Shown piece by piece: positions 1 through 13,150 of a stretch of DNA of 64,000 nt. The stretch lies in NCBI RefSeq assembly GCF_006345805.1, contig NC_043003.1:75020001-75084000 (forward strand), given 5' to 3'. Both the position numbers and the translations under genes were made by a program. The DNA is from Octopus sinensis (lineage: Eukaryota). Positions within the stretch are counted from its first letter, which is position 1; every line of letters starts with the position of its first letter. The notes below the pieces were generated by a model. The model did not search any database and had not been told where the DNA came from. It saw only the letters and a program-made list of their open reading frames with translations.

Positions 1-59
1 TAAAATTTGTGATTTGTGAAGTCTTTACAATGGGTGGTTACGGGCAAAGCAAACTAAGA

Positions 60-700
60 AGATGGAGGTTTTGTTTTTTGTGGTGGGCTTCTTCTGAGAA
101 AACTGGTTTATTGTGAAAAGTAACGGATTTTGCAAGGTTTCTGGAGATGCACTGCAACATTAGTAGAAAAACTGGCTGAAAACTAGAAAGTAAGACAGCA
201 AGAGGTTTCTATATTGCACGAATTGATATTTCATAGTTGAATAATTGCATCGCGGATGTTTAATTGTAGTGCAACCCACGTTTGAGTGACCAAGTGTTAC
301 CAAACATTGAAAGCAGTTTGGGGCAGTCTCATGACATATGTGTGAAACACATAGTCGGAAATGAGGTATTGATTTATTTGAAACAAAAAAATGGTGGAAC
401 GCACAAAAATTGCTTGCTTCATTTATCTCTCTAGCTATTTCTGGTAGGTCAGTATTGAAGGACATGTAGGGCAAGGTTTATTTGGTAAAACTTTCGCATA
501 TCTGTGAACAATGGATTGATCGCATGCGAGGCATATATGGTGGAGTAGTACATGTTGGTGTGTCTTTTATAGGAGACCTGAAAAAAGTCGATAGTTTCGG
601 TGACACTTATATTGTGTTAGCAAGTAAACATGTATTCATTAATGTTATATGTATGGAATATGATGCAGCTGAAAATTTAAAAATTCTTCAATGAACATCA
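60..700 (-). mobile_element. Highly decayed CR1/L2-group LINE ORF2 C-terminal fragment
   Basis: Minus-strand translation MSFNTDL...SHICHETAPNC...HPRCNYS weakly follows the L2/Crack pattern (F..DL.W, CHIW.GAP, HRR.V.S); many stops and shifts. Confidence 0.3.
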
Positions 701-3323
701 CATCAATTTAAAGATGGAAATTTCCTGCATGCTAAAAATTTTCGAGGCGGTACAATCATTTGAAACAATTCAATACTTCATGGGGATTTGAACATTCACC
801 TTTGATGAACGTAAAACCACACAACTTATATAATATTCTCGATTTAAGGATTCCCTCATCCATTGCTTTATTAGCGTTGCAAAAAGAGAAAAGTTATCAC
901 CTATTCATTAGACTAATTACTACAGCAAATATTATGATATTATTACACCGTCAGGTTACGATAGGTTCAAATAATTATCTAGCGGAGATAAATGGAAATT
1001 TCAAAGCTATTTCTATTGCTAATTTGTAATTATATTTTCAAAAAAAATATCTTCAGAACTAACTGGGTAGTAATAAATTTACATTAATTAATTGCAGTAA
1101 TCTTTGAATTCATTTAACGATTAAGTTATCAATCTGAACAGGTCTAATTAATTAGAAACAACTTTTATTGGATAAATCTACACAATTAAGAGTAACTCTC
1201 TATTTCTTACTTGCAGATTCATTTACAATTTGTAAAGCATAAAACCTTGTTGTTATTGTAGTTGTTGATTTATTTTAATGTCGATGTTTAACTCCGAAGA
1301 AATAGATATGTAAATTTGTTTAGAGGCATTACGATAGTGACACTTCATTTATGCATCACTCTAAGACTACATCATACTACAATACCTTTAAAATGATATT
1401 TAAAGTTATAAACATATTGGCAGCTATTTGTAGTCTATACATATACTACATACAAACAACTTAAGAAGTTTCATTTATATTAGATTAGCAGATTAGATAC
1501 TGGGCTGCGGCGTGGGCAATCATAACGTATTTATTCGATATGGTATGTTTAATTCATCAATATCACAATTTAGTGACAAGTCTGACATCACTAGAGGATA
1601 TAATGCCCTGTCCTATGTGGAGGGCATATTGTGCTGAAAGGCACACCGATTACTGAAGCAAACCAAAGGAAAATGTAAAGTGGCCAGAACACACGATCTA
1701 ACATTGCTGTGTGGAGTCTGCGGTATTGATAAAATACTTATTGCCACAATAACTTCATCCCGAATATCTGTATTACTACATGTCTATAGCATGTAAATTA
1801 TGATGAATGGGATTCGTTCAGTTGCATTTTGCATGTGATAAAGGGATATTTGGAATGATATTCTGTATGCCATTCATTGAATAGCAGTCTTCACTGAATA
1901 CTCTGTAACTGGTGCCAGCATATGAAGTGATCTGTCAAAATCAATGTGAACTATGGCATCTAGGCATTTAAGTTCATACCGCCTGTCCTGGTACACTGAA
2001 TCGTACAGTCTGTTTTATGCTACTATAATTATAATAATAAGGAAAGTCGATAGTGATTTTACTGACACGCTACTTTTAGATGCATAAGGGCCGCATATGT
2101 GATATACCCTTCTGAATAATAGATCTAGGACTACATAACAAAATATGTATTTCCCTTACTTGAGTGGTTTACTAATTTATTGTTTCTTTTGATGTGAAAT
2201 TCGTGCTTCCCCATGAAGGAATGTTCAGCAACCTATTATAATTTATAGGACGTCAATTGAAGTTTGGACATATCTTGTGATCTGTACTAGCTAAGATGCA
2301 GCACGTTTCGAACATACTCAGTTCAACTAAGGATTCGTCATGTTAGTGTTTGACGCCAACTGCTAAACAAATACTCATCTTTTCAGGAGAGTGAAAATGC
2401 CAGAAAATATTCTCGTAAATAACGTGCACTTAACGAAAATATTATTAATCGCTGCAATACATTGATAGTTACTTGATATGTGCTTTCGTCCCTTCATGTG
2501 TATTTCTTCTTAGTTATTTAATAGATAATAACTGAAATATGTTAACATGAACACAATGATTTCATATACAGCAAAAAAGCTAATTCGTTCACCAAATGTT
2601 GTATATGTAATTGTCACGAAACCATCAAATGTATGACTGGTACATATGCTACTACTTTCCACATAAAAGTTTATGAGAATCTCCGTAAAGTCATGGAAAT
2701 TAATATGTTACTGAACATTCTCAGATTTGTCAGTTAAATTATCCGCGAGAAATGTATCGATATTTAACATATTCAAACTAAAGTACCTCACTTCTCATTG
2801 ATGGAAATGTAATTAAAAATGTTCACGTCGATAGTATAAGATTTACGTTTCAATCAGATCGTGCTGTCCAGAGATGAAAGTAATTTTCTCTTATTTTAGC
2901 ACCATCTCAGCCAAAAGCTGAGACGAGAATTGTGTAGAAATTCGTTTGAGAGTCTATTATTATTCTTTCTTCCATACTTAATTCATTTCCCGGTTTAACC
3001 TTTCGCCAGCTAGGTCTCGGTTCCCTCTTGCTGGCTCCATTTCGATGCAATGAAATAGGTGTCGTATCTTGGCTAAGAGTAACCACCATCTTTCTCGCTA
3101 CCTATCTTAGAATGTATCAGAAGTGTTAGTGGCGAGGCATTATTCCCTTTGAACCATGCATTAAAAAAAAAGTGATAAATAAACAGTCAAACAATTGCAT
3201 GCACATCCAGGAATGCATTTAAATTTTATAGTTGAAAATTAGCCGTTCTGCAAGTTATAGTAGCCAAATATTCCTGAAATAACAACTTACTAGCTGACAA
3301 TTCGAAGGGGAGATTGGATAGTG

Positions 3324-3433
3324 TACGAGGAGTGTATAAAAAATGTTGTGTCTTGAAGTCATGTACCTTCATCAGAAGACTTGTACCATGTTTCTTTTTT
3401 TATGAGGCTCAAGACTTTTCATAACCTCTCATA
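3324..3433. mobile_element. Possible mariner-derived MITE (~110 bp)
   Basis: Left end TACGAGGAGTGTATAAAAAATG and reverse complement of right end TATGAGAGGTTATGAAAAGT resemble each other and mariner TA-CGAGGG...AAAAGT termini. Confidence 0.4.
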
Positions 3434-4901
3434 TGAAGATGGAAGTACCCTGTAATGGATAGCTCGGTTCATCTGTTTGTCTGATCACGAAGACAACTAT
3501 AACAAAACAAAAAGCAGTAGATATTACACTTCAAGTTTTGAACTCCTCGCAATCGTATGTTCTTACTTTCAGGCACTAATCATACTCACTGATGTTGGGA
3601 TACAAGTAAGACAGCGAGAAACGTCATTCGGAAATATTCTCTTCGAATCAGTGATATTACAGATCAAACTGAACCGCATGCTTACACCATGTTCTATTGA
3701 AACAACAACAAAAACAAGAAAAGAACTTAAAGGAAACGTCTACAGCAGACAGAAATTAATAAATTGGTTTCTGCATTTATAGTTCTCATTGATCTTAATG
3801 AAAAGAACAGGGTTGTTAACAATGAGAATTTTTTTTCATTCTTTTTCTTTCTGTCTTCTTCCATTCATTTGTGTCTTCATACGTATTTTTCTTACTTTCT
3901 CAGTTTTCTTTCATTCTTCCACGTTTCCTTTTAGTCTCTCTTCTCTATTTTATGCTTTCATTGATTATGTTTGAGGTTTCATTTCGTTTTATTATTCGCT
4001 TTTATTTCCTCGGTTCTTTTAATGTTGCTTTATTTGTACTTATTTATTTATTTCTTTACAGTATTTAGTTATTTATATATTTAGTAAAAAGAAGGAAGTG
4101 AAAGATTGTGTATGTATGTAAGTGCATACATACATGAATATACACATCCATATATTTGCGAATGTGAGTATATTATGCATACATGCCAACATACACGCAC
4201 GCACATACACCCATCCACACTTACACAGATACACAGATACACAGCTATATGTCTTAGTATGTATGTATGTGTAGGAGTGAGGAGTGTTTGCGTGCGCACA
4301 TGATAGCATATGATTGTATGTATTATATGTATTATAGGTTGGGTGGCGGTTTTTGATGGAAACTTACTGAATAAGGTGAAATTGGTCACATGATATTTCT
4401 ACAAGAATTAAACGACGAGCGAATTTAGAGTAACAAAAAAAGAGCAAATATAAAATGGATTTTGTCTAAGAATGCGCGTGAGTATATACTTGTGCGTACA
4501 TGTACTGACATAGCGAGTTTGTCTATATATTGTAATGCGTTAGGGTATGTAAAATATTGAGATTAAACAGCATAGCAACGCATTAATCTTGCAGGATTTT
4601 ACTAACAAAAGAACCGTTGAAAAATATATTTCTGTTGAAAAGGAACTAAATTCAATCTATTTTAATATGTCTTTTAATCTAAACAATATATTGGCTGCGT
4701 CCATATATAAAAATTTCTAGGAAGGAATTCTAAGGCATGAAATAATCAACAGTGAAAGTGAGAAAATCTTCTAAAGAACTGAAGGAATAGAGAGAAAAAT
4801 ATTACATAATTAATTTAATATGAAGGTATCTGTAATGAAAATGCATACACTCATATCCATGTATATGCATGATGCACATTTGCATATACACACACACGCG
4901 T

Positions 4902-5007
<106 letters not shown>

Positions 5008-5149
5008 GTACATACATATGTTAAAACTTAACCATAAACATACACACATTGACACACATGTGAATTCCTGCATGTAATATATATATATATATATACCGGT
5101 ATATATGCATGTATACATATGTACGTATTAATTATACGTGTGTGTATCA

Positions 5150-5524
5150 TAAAAGCTTCCGTCTAAATCACATGGTTCCCGTTTCAGTACCACTCTGTGG
5201 CAATTTGCGCAAGACTCGTTTTATATAGCCACGGGCCAACCAAAGTCCTGTGAGTGGGTTTTGTAGAAATAAACTGAAAGAAGCCCGTTGTATATAAGTT
5301 TATGCATATATACTTAGGTGTGCGTCTTTTTCCTCGCACCATCTTTTGACAACCGCTGTTGGTGTGTTAATGTCCCCGTAATTTAGCGGATCGGCAAAGC
5401 AAACATGTCGATAGAAAAAGTACCAGGATTTTGAAAAGTACCAGGTTGATTCATTCAAATAAAATTCCTCAAGACGGTGCTGAACACCGGCACGGTCTAA
5501 TCGCTGAAACAAGTAAAAGGTAAG
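5150..5524 (+). mobile_element. tRNA-derived SINE family 1, diverged copy
   Basis: Colinear with the copies at 22780 and 49190 (CACATGGTTCCCGTTTCAGT...AAACTGAAAGAAGCCCGT...GACAACCGCTGTTGGTGTG...GAAACAAGTAAAAG). Confidence 0.8.
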
Positions 5525-5540
5525 TATTGAAAGGCAAGGG

Positions 5541-5542
<2 letters not shown>

Positions 5543-5622
<80 letters not shown>

Positions 5623-5662
5623 ATATCTATCTATCTATCTATCTATCTATATCTATCTATAT

Positions 5663-5735
<73 letters not shown>

Positions 5736-5772
5736 ATATATATACATATATATCTTTCTATCTATCTTTATA

Positions 5773-5830
<58 letters not shown>
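5543..5830. repeat. Compound (CTAT)n/(TA)n microsatellite
   Basis: Direct reading of the sequence. Confidence 0.95.
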
Positions 5831-5831
<1 letters not shown>

Positions 5832-5834
5832 GTA

Positions 5835-5995
5835 AGCACAGGAGCGGCTGCGTGGTAACAAGTTTGCTGCCCAGCCACATGGTCCCAGGGTCGGTCAGTC
5901 CGACTGCGTAGCATCTTTGGCAAGTGTCTTCTACTATAGCTTCAGGCCTACCAAAGCCTTCACAGTGGATTTGGTGAACGGAAACTGAAACCGCG
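5835..5995 (+). mobile_element. SINE family 1, 5' half (tRNA-like head)
   Basis: GCACAGGAGCGGCTGCGTGGTAA...GGCAAGTGTCTTCTACTATAGC...GGAAACTGAAA then (TA)n; matches head of 49190-49606 copy. Confidence 0.85.
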
Positions 5996-6034
<39 letters not shown>

Positions 6035-6094
6035 CATATATATATATATACATATATATATAATCAAAATAAGCAACAGGACATCAAGAAATGA

Positions 6095-6183
6095 TGCTGT
6101 ACGATCATTTCCCGCGGCTCCATTTAATTTCAAGATACACTTATTATATCAATTTAACTGCAGGGCATCTGTCATCAGCTGCA
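6095..6183 (-). ncRNA. Degenerate type-I hammerhead ribozyme motif in a PLE pLTR-like fragment
   Basis: Minus strand: TGCAG-CTGATGA-(long insert)-GAAA-TGATCG-TA-CAGCA; core intact, stem I has one mismatch, stem II base poorly paired. Confidence 0.35.
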
Positions 6184-6435
6184 CAAATAAATAGAATTTT
6201 AATCAGACACATTAATACAATTTTATTCAAATACCTTAACAGTGCAAGGAGATAGAATAAATAAACGTTTAGCGAAAAATATACTACACTCTCTCTCTAT
6301 ATGTGTGTGTGTGTTTCCATATTTATGCATTTGTATTACCTTATTTATTCATATTTGTATTTTCGGGATATTATGGCGTATATATACCCAAATACATATG
6401 ATGAGAATAAACAGTATGTATTTAATTCTCATGTG

Positions 6436-6466
<31 letters not shown>

Positions 6467-8039
6467 TGCATACAATCAGGCACAGACAGACAAACACACA
6501 TGCACGCACACATATGCACACATGCGCGCAGACAGCCTCACACACTTAGACACACACTTAGACACACACTCACACACACATGTACTTACATATATACAAA
6601 TGAATGTATGGACGAAGTTACATATCCTTTTTATTCTCTTTGTTCCTTTTGTTTGTCAATTGCTTTGAACAGAACATAACGATATTTGCGCATACCTTAG
6701 AATTATACAGATATTGGTGTAAACTCTAACAGGAAAACATCTAAGTTGTTTTTCTCAGGGGAATGTATTATCGCAGAAAGGTGCGCAATACTCATGAACT
6801 TTGGTGAAGAGCAAATTCTGGCACGATGCATATTCCTTAAATGAACGTTACGCACTTTTTAGTAGAACCTGGATAATATGTTTATGAGACACAAATCTAA
6901 ATACTATATGTATGCATTATATGAAGTCTTGCATGCGTATTTATTCGTTTGCTTCAGTTAGTCGAAGAAAGTGAATTGCTTGTAACACACTTTCCGAATG
7001 TATACACAAGGCAAAACATCGTGCCTGTATTGATAATTATATTTATCTCTTTTTAACATCTTGATTTCAGATGCGTAACTATTAGCAAGAACTGTAAAAA
7101 AAACAAAGTTTTACTCTGAAGCATCAACTGTATGGTGACTAATAAACCACTCTAAATTAATCATAGTAAGATTGTATCATTAACCATATCGGAAATCTAC
7201 GGCTGAAGATTCTCAAATTTAATAATGTGTATTGATAAAGTGGAAGAAACCAGTTATCTCCCTTTATATCTATTTTACAATGCAGTCGTGACTCGAGCAA
7301 AATTTTTAAATTATATTTTTTTTATGAATAATAATTTAGCGTATGTCTCTTGAGAACCGTATGTAAATTCTACAACGTTTCATTAACTATAAGAGTTATA
7401 TTTTTCTTATCAATTCTGTGTGCGTTTCTTTTCAGTTAATACTAAACACTCATAGTTTGTATATTTGTAACACGGTTTAGGTTGATTCAGTTAAATAGAT
7501 TTCGGTGTCGGTGTGTTGTTTATAAGCGTATTTTTTTAAAGTCTAGAAACATTCAGTAACTTTTCAAATGATAGTTACAGGAAGAGTTAGTTGAAATGCT
7601 GATACAGGGATTTGATGTATATGTATCGTAAGACCAGAATAGCTGCTAAGTTTGTGGTGTATGTTCATCACACGTTAAATTTAAAGAGTGTTTTAAATAT
7701 CAATTTCAGTGTTTCTTTGAATATACATTTATCGTAATTGCTTTTAGGTACAACACGACAAGTGTGTGATTTACCTTCGCCATTTAAAAGTGATACAAAA
7801 TCAAAACAGCAAAAATTCATACATGTAATATGTCGTCTGCTATGCGTATTAAAATATAGTTTGTGAAAGCAATATCACTTAAAGAAAGAGCAATGTTGTT
7901 AAAGGTTTACTGCCAAGATTACTCGGTATAAACATAGCATTTAATAGCCAATTTAAGAAGAAATTATATGCATACATAGATACATAGACAGATACGCGCG
8001 TGTGTATATATTGGAACGCTCGCGTCGATTTCCACATAC

Positions 8040-8420
8040 GAAGGCCTGGAGGATTTGTATAATTGCTACTACTTGTGTTTGTGTCTCTGATGTGACTTTA
8101 ATGCAGCTAAATATTTGCAAAATTGTCTACACTCAGGACAGGATAAAAAACCGTCACAATGGTGCGCAGGGATAGGATTTCTGTATTTTACCACAATTTT
8201 CTTTTCTTGAAGATGAATAAATTGTTGACTTTCGAAGTTTTGAAGAACTTTAAAACATCTTTGATATCTATTTATATAGTTATTGGCCAAGCTCTTCAAG
8301 AGAGCAAGAAGAACATCTACACGTTTGATGATTTCCTTCAGATTCTTTCTAAAGCGGAATCAAGGTCTTCCAACATTTCTTTTCTCTTCATCAATCTGAA
8401 TGTGGTAAAGGCATTTTGCA

Positions 8421-8424
<4 letters not shown>
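8040..8424 (-). mobile_element. RTE-clade LINE 3' end fragment with terminal C2H2-type zinc finger
   Basis: Minus strand reads VGRP*FRFRKNLKE...LA...CPECRQFCKYLAALKSHQRHKH, matching the RTE C-terminus (GRP..R.KD.LK; CxxC...L.SH.R.H); 5' side ends at (TA)n. Confidence 0.65.
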
Positions 8425-8466
<42 letters not shown>

Positions 8467-8764
8467 ACGAAAATATATCGTAAGAAGACACAAAACAAAC
8501 AGGGGTAATATTCCCATTGCTAAATAGTATTTCTGTCGATTAGTATTTGTCAGTAGCAAGTATCCAAGGGTAAATGCCTAACATACAAAATGCTGTTTCA
8601 AACTAATAGTTTCTATCTTTCGTAACATTTTAATTCACACTGCCGAGTATTTTCAGTATCCCAGCTTTATCTATCACTCTTTTGGGGCACATTTATACTA
8701 CTCGAATACGTAACATAATAACGGCTCTAATTATCATTTAGAACGTGTGTTATTGTTTCTTACT

Positions 8765-9103
8765 TATGACAATATCTTTTTCTCTGGCCTCGGAGCGACC
8801 AATTCCATGTGCTTGGATTTGATGAACAGGTATTGAAAGAGGCCCGTCGTATAAATATGAGTTTGTTCGTGTGTGAGCGTGTGTGCGCGCATGCGTTTGC
8901 GTGTGCGTGTGCGTGCGTGTGTCTGTGTTTCGTCCTCACCACAGATTGACAACCAATTGTGATGTGTTTATGTACGTAAATTAGTAGAGCTGCATAAAAG
9001 TCCGATAGAATAAGAACCAAGTTTTAAAAAATGTACTGGGGTCGATGCCTTCGACTACAAATCCCTCAAATCAATATCCAAGCATAGCCGCAGTCTAATG
9101 ACT
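8765..9103 (+). mobile_element. SINE family 1, diverged, head missing
   Basis: GAAAGAGGCCCGTCGTATA, internal GT tract, CCGATAGAATAAG, GGGGTCGAT, CCGCAGTCTAATGACT blocks in order. Confidence 0.75.
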
Positions 9104-9104
9104 T

Positions 9105-9555
9105 AGGGTACACCAGACACATGCATCACAAACATATGTGCGCGATATGGTGCTCTCATATAAAGATGAGCAGCGCATTATATGCAGATGGGGCTCAGAG
9201 TTTTTTTTTTTTCAATACGAGTAGCCTATCTCACGCAAAAGGTCCGCCAATAAGGGTTGTTTAAAGGTGATGATAGAAATACCCATAGTTTCAGAGGTGA
9301 ATGGTTCATATCCCAAATTATTCCTCTCAACATGTGGCTATGATGCTCCTCCCCTACTCCTGCTCATGATATGACATGCCATATCCTGAATCACAAACTG
9401 ACATCCCAAACTGGTTAAGGTAAAGCAAGTGACAAGCAAATCTATGGTACTGAGCAAAATATTTGCTGTAGGCCATCTTTTATACCAAGCCAAAATATGT
9501 ACATGATAACTCCACCAATCATCTAAGAAGACAAGCCACGAAACCCAGTGACCAG
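9105..9555 (+). repeat. Unclassified dispersed repeat (copy 1; inverted homolog at 57640-57995)
   Basis: CATCACAAACATATGTGCGCGA, GAGTAGCC...AAAAGGTCCG..AATAAGG and CCTCTCAAC...TGGCTA..ATGCTCC all recur as reverse complement near 57.7-57.9 kb. Confidence 0.75.
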
Positions 9556-9564
9556 TGTTAAATC

Positions 9565-10197
9565 ATTTAGCGGTTTTATTATTTCTAGCTATTCTCTCTT
9601 ATCTACCGAGCTGTGTGTGTCTGTGTGTGCATTTGCTGTGTGCTGTAGTATATTTCGGTGTTGTTATTTTCACTGTATTGAAAGTACTTCATGTACATTA
9701 TAATGTCGTTCGCAACAGTGTTATTTTCTGTATGCTATATAGATTAGTAATTGCTAATGTTTTAGCTATTTATTTATCTCAACTTTATCGTAATATAGAT
9801 TGTGTCAGTTTTCAGGCTCCATATCCAATTTATCTCTCATTCGAAATTTGTGTATTTCGAAAGTTTCTCCGTTAATTTTAGAGAATCATCATCATCTGTT
9901 GTGGTTGAGTTGTCGATTAGAATGAATTGTGTCTTTGGTCGTGTTCATTGACATATAATAAAGTAGGTTTATTTGTCATTTTCTGAGACATTTTCAGTGA
10001 TATGATTATACCAACTTTTTTCCGGTGTCATTCCATAGAGATGGCATAGCTTCCACTCTATCTAGCTGCCACCTCTTTCATATCTGTGGATATTTTACTT
10101 CATAGTCAGGACTGGGCAGCCAAAGGCAATATGATCTATTGATTCTTCATGTTAATCACATATTCTGCAATTATTTAGTGTATTCTTCTTCATTATG
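9565..10197 (-). mobile_element. R4/Dong-clade LINE 3' fragment (old)
   Basis: Minus strand: IMKKNTLNNCRICD*HEESIDHIAFGCPVL...EWKLCHLYG (CCHC finger); 3' UTR with GCTCGGTAG like element at 42095-43245. Confidence 0.75.
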
Positions 10198-11075
10198 TAC
10201 GAGTGTTAGTTGAAACCTTCATAGGATAACCAAGATGCTCTCATGGAAAGTGACCAAATGAGTTTTATGTTTATACGCCATTGTTGTCTACATATGTCTT
10301 ACGTCGATGTTGCAGTGATTCAGTGCCGTTGAGGAAGAAGCATTTGTCTTGTTGCTCAAAATAATCAACAGCTGATATGACATCATCATCATTGGGATAC
10401 TGGTTTCCAGGAAAGTGGTTTCTCTTTTTGCTTTTTTCATGTTGGGAAACATAGGAATGTCTGATAGATATAGTGGATGGTAATCAACTAGTTAAAACAA
10501 ACACATTCATGTACCGCAGCCATTGAATCCTAGGACCTGTGTGCAGATCATTGTCCTGATGAAACAAGACACCTTTCGGCAGTTTTCCTGAAGGCTGGTC
10601 TTGATAACATTTCGTAACTGCCTTAGAATGTTCGCATAGTACTCTCGATTCTGATGATACTCAATGAACGCTATACATTTGGCATGCCCCAAAACTGCGA
10701 CCATCATCTTCCCTGCAGTTAAACAACCTTGGAATACTTCGGAACATATGCGTGTTGTGTTTCTTTGTATCTGATTCAAAATGGTTAGGAAGCGTTGAAG
10801 GAGACCTGTTGGATCTGCCGCAAACAAAGTCAGACCTTCCCGTGATATCATCAGATTGACGCGCTTTTGATCAAGTGTCAGTTGTTGCAGCCACCGAAGA
10901 AAAACCTTCGTCATGCCAAGTTTATTTGCAGAATATTCTAAATTCTCTCACGTGATATGCTTATAGCATTGGCTTTTGGATTCATAGTCAATAACCTGTC
11001 AGCCATCAGCATGTTGTGTACATGACCGAGGTTTTCTTCGTGGTGGCAGTTGCAGGTTCTCCAGCGCAGGATGTT
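10198..11075 (-). mobile_element. Mariner DNA transposon, decayed, one TIR retained
   Basis: KVFLRWLQQLTLDQK (WVP..LT..QK), FAADPTGLLQRFLT, AGKMMVAV..AKCIAFIEY, EYYANILRQLR, LFPNMKK, DDDVISAVD; end TACGAGTG...GAAA at 10198. Confidence 0.85.
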
Positions 11076-12407
11076 AACATTGGTTTCTGTTTATCTTTTG
11101 TACTGAGATATATTGACGACCCATCAGTCATGCTAGCCGGAACCATATAGCCGTGTTACTGATGGAGATAAATATCATGTCTTGAGCACTTTAGTTGCGA
11201 AAAAAATTGATCGGAAAAAAAGCTCTTTTTCTTTGGTAAATAAGAGTTACCTCCCTTTGTATGGTTCTATCTGTACCTCAACTGTGACTTACATTTGTTC
11301 CCTCTTCTGTTAGCAAATGTTAAAGATCACATCTGAAAAACGAATTTTAGTTTACGAGGGCAGCGCCTAAATGCTTAGCTTTTTCCCGATATGAATTTAC
11401 CTTAATTGCCTCATAAATAGCGAACGTTTTAACATGGTATTGTTTAATCGCAATATTACTTACAGGATGTAGATTTGTAGTAGAGAACAGCAGAATTAAT
11501 GCTGGTCTCAATAACAGAGATCAGCATTATTTCTGCTTTCAATAAACCTATTACAAGTTTTGTCTATAGAAGTGGTCTCGGTCAACTTAGATAGATACAC
11601 TTTTAGTCGTTATAAACAGCAGTGTTCAAACTTAAAGTTTCTATTACCAAAATCTCTTCATGCTTTTTACATTCATAACGATGTTGCGTCTCTTTCTTAT
11701 ATTCGCTTAACACATAGCGAACGATACATCGACATAAAATAAAAGTTGCTTTTTCGCGTTATTCATCTCTTTGTACGTTAATGAATTCCTAAAGTAGTTT
11801 TCGGATTTTTATATCTACGTTGTTTTGCTAGAAATATAGTGTAATAAGTAAAAATTATATAAATAAACGATACGAATATTCCACAAAGTAAACTGGTATA
11901 AAAATCGTTGAAGAAAAACAGGATTACATGAGTAAGAAAATATTTAATACGAATGAGCTACGTGTTGATCATCTATAAGCGTATGACTAAATAATTAATT
12001 AAAAGTTTTAATGTTTGAATAGACACTTTCACTTACATAATACACTTGCTTTCTACACCCTGTTTGTAAATCTCATTTATTATGGCAGTATCTCTTTCGC
12101 TACACTCATATATGTACGAGGAAATATATTGTGTCATTGAATTAAGCACTTATATTCTTTACTTGACATGCTATTGCCAATCCTATATTCCGTACTATAG
12201 CATAACCATTTTAGTTTTAAGTGCGTATGACATGCAGTTCAAACGTCGCTATTTCAATATAGCAATACATCAATTGAAAAGTTCATTTAGATGTGCAGGA
12301 GTTTTGTATCATAATTACAAATATTATAGAAGTCAGCCGATATACAGGTAATTTATAATCGAGCTAAAGTGAAAGTAATGACAGGCAGATAATTTGAATC
12401 AGACACA

Positions 12408-12410
<3 letters not shown>

Positions 12411-12503
<93 letters not shown>

Positions 12504-12506
12504 TAT

Positions 12507-12538
<32 letters not shown>

Positions 12539-12539
12539 A
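12411..12539. repeat. (TA)n microsatellite
   Basis: Direct reading of the sequence. Confidence 0.95.
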
Positions 12540-12673
12540 CAACAAGGGCAAAAGAAACAAAATTCTAATTCCACATATGCCGAAACTAGACACATCGTTC
12601 ATAACCATATAATTCATCACTATAAGCACGTGTCTCCAAGAAAGCCGATAGAAATTTCTAAAAAATTACGTTA

Positions 12674-12733
12674 TTACCGTATCGGACCCGATTTCAGAAT
12701 TAGTCAATAAGATCCTTCTCTTCGTCAGTGATA
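12674..12733 (-). ncRNA. Minimal type-I hammerhead ribozyme (copy with duplicated stem III)
   Basis: Minus strand: TTATCA-CTGACGA-AGAG...TTCT-GAAA-TCGG-GT-CCGA-TA-CGGTAA; core complete, first stem I pair is an A-C mismatch, stem II imperfect. Confidence 0.55.
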
Positions 12734-13095
12734 AATGCAGCAAAGGAATAAATGAAATACTTACTCATACCCATGGAAGTAGTAAACACTAAGTACTTAT
12801 AGTGATGAATTACATGATTATGGACGATGTGTCTAATTTTGGCATATTTCGCATTATGCTGTCCATTGATAAAAATTATTTTCGAAAAATGTTATCCTAT
12901 ATTAGATGTAAATTTAATAGTGGTCACTTCCGGACTCTCTCACTCTTTAGAGTTTTCAGTTTGAACTACACGTGTCACGAATGGGGTGGAGAATATATAT
13001 TGTGGATATATTTGGGGGACTTAATTATGCTCAGGACTTAGTGTTTAATTCTTCCCTGGGCATGAGTAAGTATTTCAGTTATTCCTTTGCCGCAT

Positions 13096-13150
13096 TTATC
13101 ACTGACGAGGAGAAGGTTCTTATGAGCTAACTCTGAAATCGGTATGGTAA
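13096..13150 (+). ncRNA. Minimal type-I hammerhead ribozyme, PLE type
   Basis: TTATCA-CTGACGA-GGAG...CTCT-GAAA-TCGG-TA-TGGTAA: stem I TTATCA/TGGTAA, stem II GGAG/CTCT, near-palindromic stem III ATCGGT, predicted cleavage after GUA at 13144. Confidence 0.7.

Noticed and set aside
8069-8299. C2H2 zinc-finger gene
   Set aside because: Single finger preceded by RTE C-terminal motifs; it is a LINE 3' end, not a host zinc-finger array.
7250-11260. Recurrent AGTTA(T/C)CTCCCTTT motif at ~7253 and ~11247
   Set aside because: Two copies only, no flanking homology; not enough to call an element or binding site.
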